Of a DNA stretch of 32,000 nucleotides, positions 30,012 through 32,000 are shown in pieces. Numbering within the stretch: the first letter of the stretch is position 1; every line of letters begins with the position of its first letter. Location: positions 6,000,001-6,032,000 of the forward strand of contig NZ_LN831024.1 of assembly GCF_001457615.1 (NCBI RefSeq), in the 5' to 3' direction. Source of the DNA: Pseudomonas aeruginosa (lineage in GTDB: Bacteria; Pseudomonadota; Gammaproteobacteria; Pseudomonadales; Pseudomonadaceae). Under the pieces are notes generated by a model, which was not told where the DNA came from, made no database searches, and was given only the letters and a program-made list of their open reading frames with translations. The position numbers and the translations under genes were made by a program.

Positions 30012-31565
30012 TTGCTTCGCCGATTCCTCCTGCTGGCCCTCCTGGCCCTCTCCGGCTGCGCCAGCACTCCTCCGCCGCAACCGTCGTCGGCACTGCCCGC
30101 CGAGGGTACCTGGCTGGCCAGGCAGGCCGAAATCCAGGGACGCGACCACCCCGGCCAGTCCGGCTTCCACCTCCTGGGCGCCAGCGAGGATGCCTTCGTC
30201 GCCCGCGCGGCGCTGATTCGCGCAGCCCAGCGCAGCCTCGACATCCAGTACTACATCGTCCACGACGGACTGACCACGCGCGCCCTCGCCTACGAGTTGC
30301 TCAAGGCAGCCGACCGTGGCGTGCGGGTACGCATCCTCATCGACGACACCGCCAGCGATGGCTGGGACTACGAGATCGGTGTGCTCTCCGCCCATCCGAA
30401 CATCCAGGTGCGCCTGTTCAACCCGTTGCACCTGGGCCGCGCCACCGGCATCACGCGAGGCGTCGGCCGCCTGTTCAACCTGTCCCAGCAACACCGGCGC
30501 ATGCACAACAAGCTGTGGCTGGCCGACGGCACGGCGGCCATCGTAGGCGGACGCAACCTCGGCGACGAGTATTTCAACGCCAAGCCGGAGATGAACTTCA
30601 CCGACCTCGACCTGCTCGGCGTCGGCCCCATCGCCAACCAGCTCTCGCACAGCTTCGACCAGTACTGGAACAGCGCCATCAGCCGGCCGATCGAGGATTT
30701 CCTCTGGCGCGCGCCCTATCCCGGCGAACTGGAGTCGGCCCGACGCAAGTTGCAGCGCTACCTGCGCAAGGAGTCGGTGAAGGAGTCCGGCTACATCCGC
30801 CACCTGTTCGACCGCGGCGACCAGCCACGCCTGGGCAACTGGCTGGAGAATCTCACCTGGGCCCGCGCCGAGGCGATCTGGGATGCGCCGCTGAAGGTAT
30901 TGAGCCGCGGCGAGCCCGACCCGCACCTATTGCTCAGTCCGCACCTGGCGGGCCTGTTCAAGGGCGTGCAGAAGGAACTGATCCTGGTCTCGGCGTATTT
31001 CGTTCCGGCCAAGGACGGTCTCAACTACCTCACCGGCAAGGCCGACAGCGGCGTCCGCGTGCGCCTGCTGACCAACTCCCTGGAAGCCACCGACGTGCCC
31101 GCCGTGCATGCCGGCTACGCGCCCTATCGGATGGCGCTGCTTGAGCATGGCGTTAAGCTCTACGAGCTGCGCGCCAATCCCGACCAGCCGCTGAGCGGCG
31201 CGCCCTGGCGCCTGCACGGATCGAGCAGCGCCAGCCTACACAGCAAGGCGATGGTCTTCGACCGGCGCAAGGTATTCATCGGTTCGTTCAACTTCGATCC
31301 GCGCTCGATCCTGTGGAACACCGAAGTCGGGGTCATCGTCGACAGTCCGCTGCTGGCCGAGCAGGTCCGCCAACTGGCGCTGGAGGGCATGGCGCCGAGC
31401 GTCAGCTACCAGGTGCGCATCGACCGCAGCGGTAGCCGGCCGAAGCTGGTCTGGATCGACGAACGCGACGGCCGGCCCCAGGTCCTGCGCCACGAGCCGG
31501 GCAGCCTGTGGCGACGCCTGAACGCCTGGGTCGCGGGAATGATCGGACTGGAAAAGATGCTCTGA
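30012..31565 (+). CDS. Phospholipase D / cardiolipin-synthase-like lipoprotein
   Basis: LLRRFLLLALLALSGCASTPP (lipobox) with two HKD motifs: HNKLWLADGTAAIVGGRNLGDEYF and LHSKAMVFDRRKVFIGSFNFDPRS. A TTG start at 30012 with gggaga upstream is likely; ATG at 29976 is the alternative. Confidence 0.85.
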   Translation: MLRRFLLLALLALSGCASTPPPQPSSALPAEGTWLARQAEIQGRDHPGQSGFHLLGASEDAFVARAALIRAAQRSLDIQYYIVHDGLTTRALAYELLKAADRGVRVRILIDDTASDGWDYEIGVLSAHPNIQVRLFNPLHLGRATGITRGVGRLFNLSQQHRRMHNKLWLADGTAAIVGGRNLGDEYFNAKPEMNFTDLDLLGVGPIANQLSHSFDQYWNSAISRPIEDFLWRAPYPGELESARRKLQRYLRKESVKESGYIRHLFDRGDQPRLGNWLENLTWARAEAIWDAPLKVLSRGEPDPHLLLSPHLAGLFKGVQKELILVSAYFVPAKDGLNYLTGKADSGVRVRLLTNSLEATDVPAVHAGYAPYRMALLEHGVKLYELRANPDQPLSGAPWRLHGSSSASLHSKAMVFDRRKVFIGSFNFDPRSILWNTEVGVIVDSPLLAEQVRQLALEGMAPSVSYQVRIDRSGSRPKLVWIDERDGRPQVLRHEPGSLWRRLNAWVAGMIGLEKML

Positions 31566-31568
31566 GGG

Positions 31569-32000
31569 TCACTCGGAGGCTTCCAGGCCTGTCGCCTCGT
31601 CGTCCGCCGGAATCGCCCCGCGCAGCCGCACCAGCACCACGAAGCCCGCCGCGCCGAGCGCCATCATCAACGGCAGGGCGTGACCGCTGATCCACTGGCT
31701 GGCGGCGCCGGTGGCCAGCGGGCCGAGCAGGCAGCCGATGCCCCATAGCTGCGCGACATGGGCATTGGCCCGGACCAGGGCATCGTCTCGGTAGCGCTCG
31801 CCGATCAGGATCAGCGCCAGGGTGAACAACCCGCCGGCGCTGGCCCCGAACAGCACCAGCAGCGGCCAGATCAACGGCGTCTGCAGCAGCAGGGGAATCG
31901 CCAGGCTGCTCAGCAGCAGCACCAGGCCGCAGCCGCCGAACAGGCCGCTGCGCGAGACCCGGTCGGCGAGCCAGCCGATCGGCAGCTGCAACAATGCATC
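31569..32000 (-). CDS. MFS family transporter, C-terminal part only (gene continues beyond window)
   Basis: Frame open to window end: LQLPIGWLADRVSRSGLFGGCGLVLLLSSLAIPLLLQTPLIWPLLVLFGASAGGLFTLALILIGERYRDDALVRANAHVAQLWGIGCLLGPLATG (MFS GWLADR-type loop). Confidence 0.82.
   Translation of the reverse strand, partial: DALLQLPIGWLADRVSRSGLFGGCGLVLLLSSLAIPLLLQTPLIWPLLVLFGASAGGLFTLALILIGERYRDDALVRANAHVAQLWGIGCLLGPLATGAASQWISGHALPLMMALGAAGFVVLVRLRGAIPADDEATGLEASE

Overview
This window looks like ordinary core chromosome from Pseudomonas aeruginosa or a very close relative. I infer that from protein families and gene order; no database search was run. From left to right it contains:
- a partial secreted/fimbrial-like protein
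- sutA, with a disrupted frame
- a YjbQ-family gene
- glnK-amtB
- a ubiK-like gene
- the comM/yifB-family gene
- a BetT-type BCCT choline transporter
- the phosphorylcholine phosphatase gene pchP, with a disrupted frame
- a LysR regulator
- a MATE efflux protein
- a degenerate-GGDEF/EAL protein (ProE-like)
- rep, poxB and xpt
- a large acetyl-CoA hydrolase/transferase-like gene
- cytochrome c5 (cycB-like)
- pauR
- the dadA-ridA-dadX cluster
- a ydbH-ynbE-ydbL-type cell-envelope operon
- lrp
- a PauB-like FAD oxidoreductase
- a phospholipase-D-like lipoprotein
- a partial MFS transporter

I saw no CRISPR array, tRNA/rRNA, phage or transposon, and no convincing new defence or mobile system. The strongest observations are two apparent frameshifts in GC-rich runs (sutA and pchP) and a paired NtrC-like site plus a sigma54-like promoter upstream of glnK-amtB. 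Others are the degenerate GGDEF motif, the Ydb envelope operon, and overlapping alternative hairpins between poxB and xpt.
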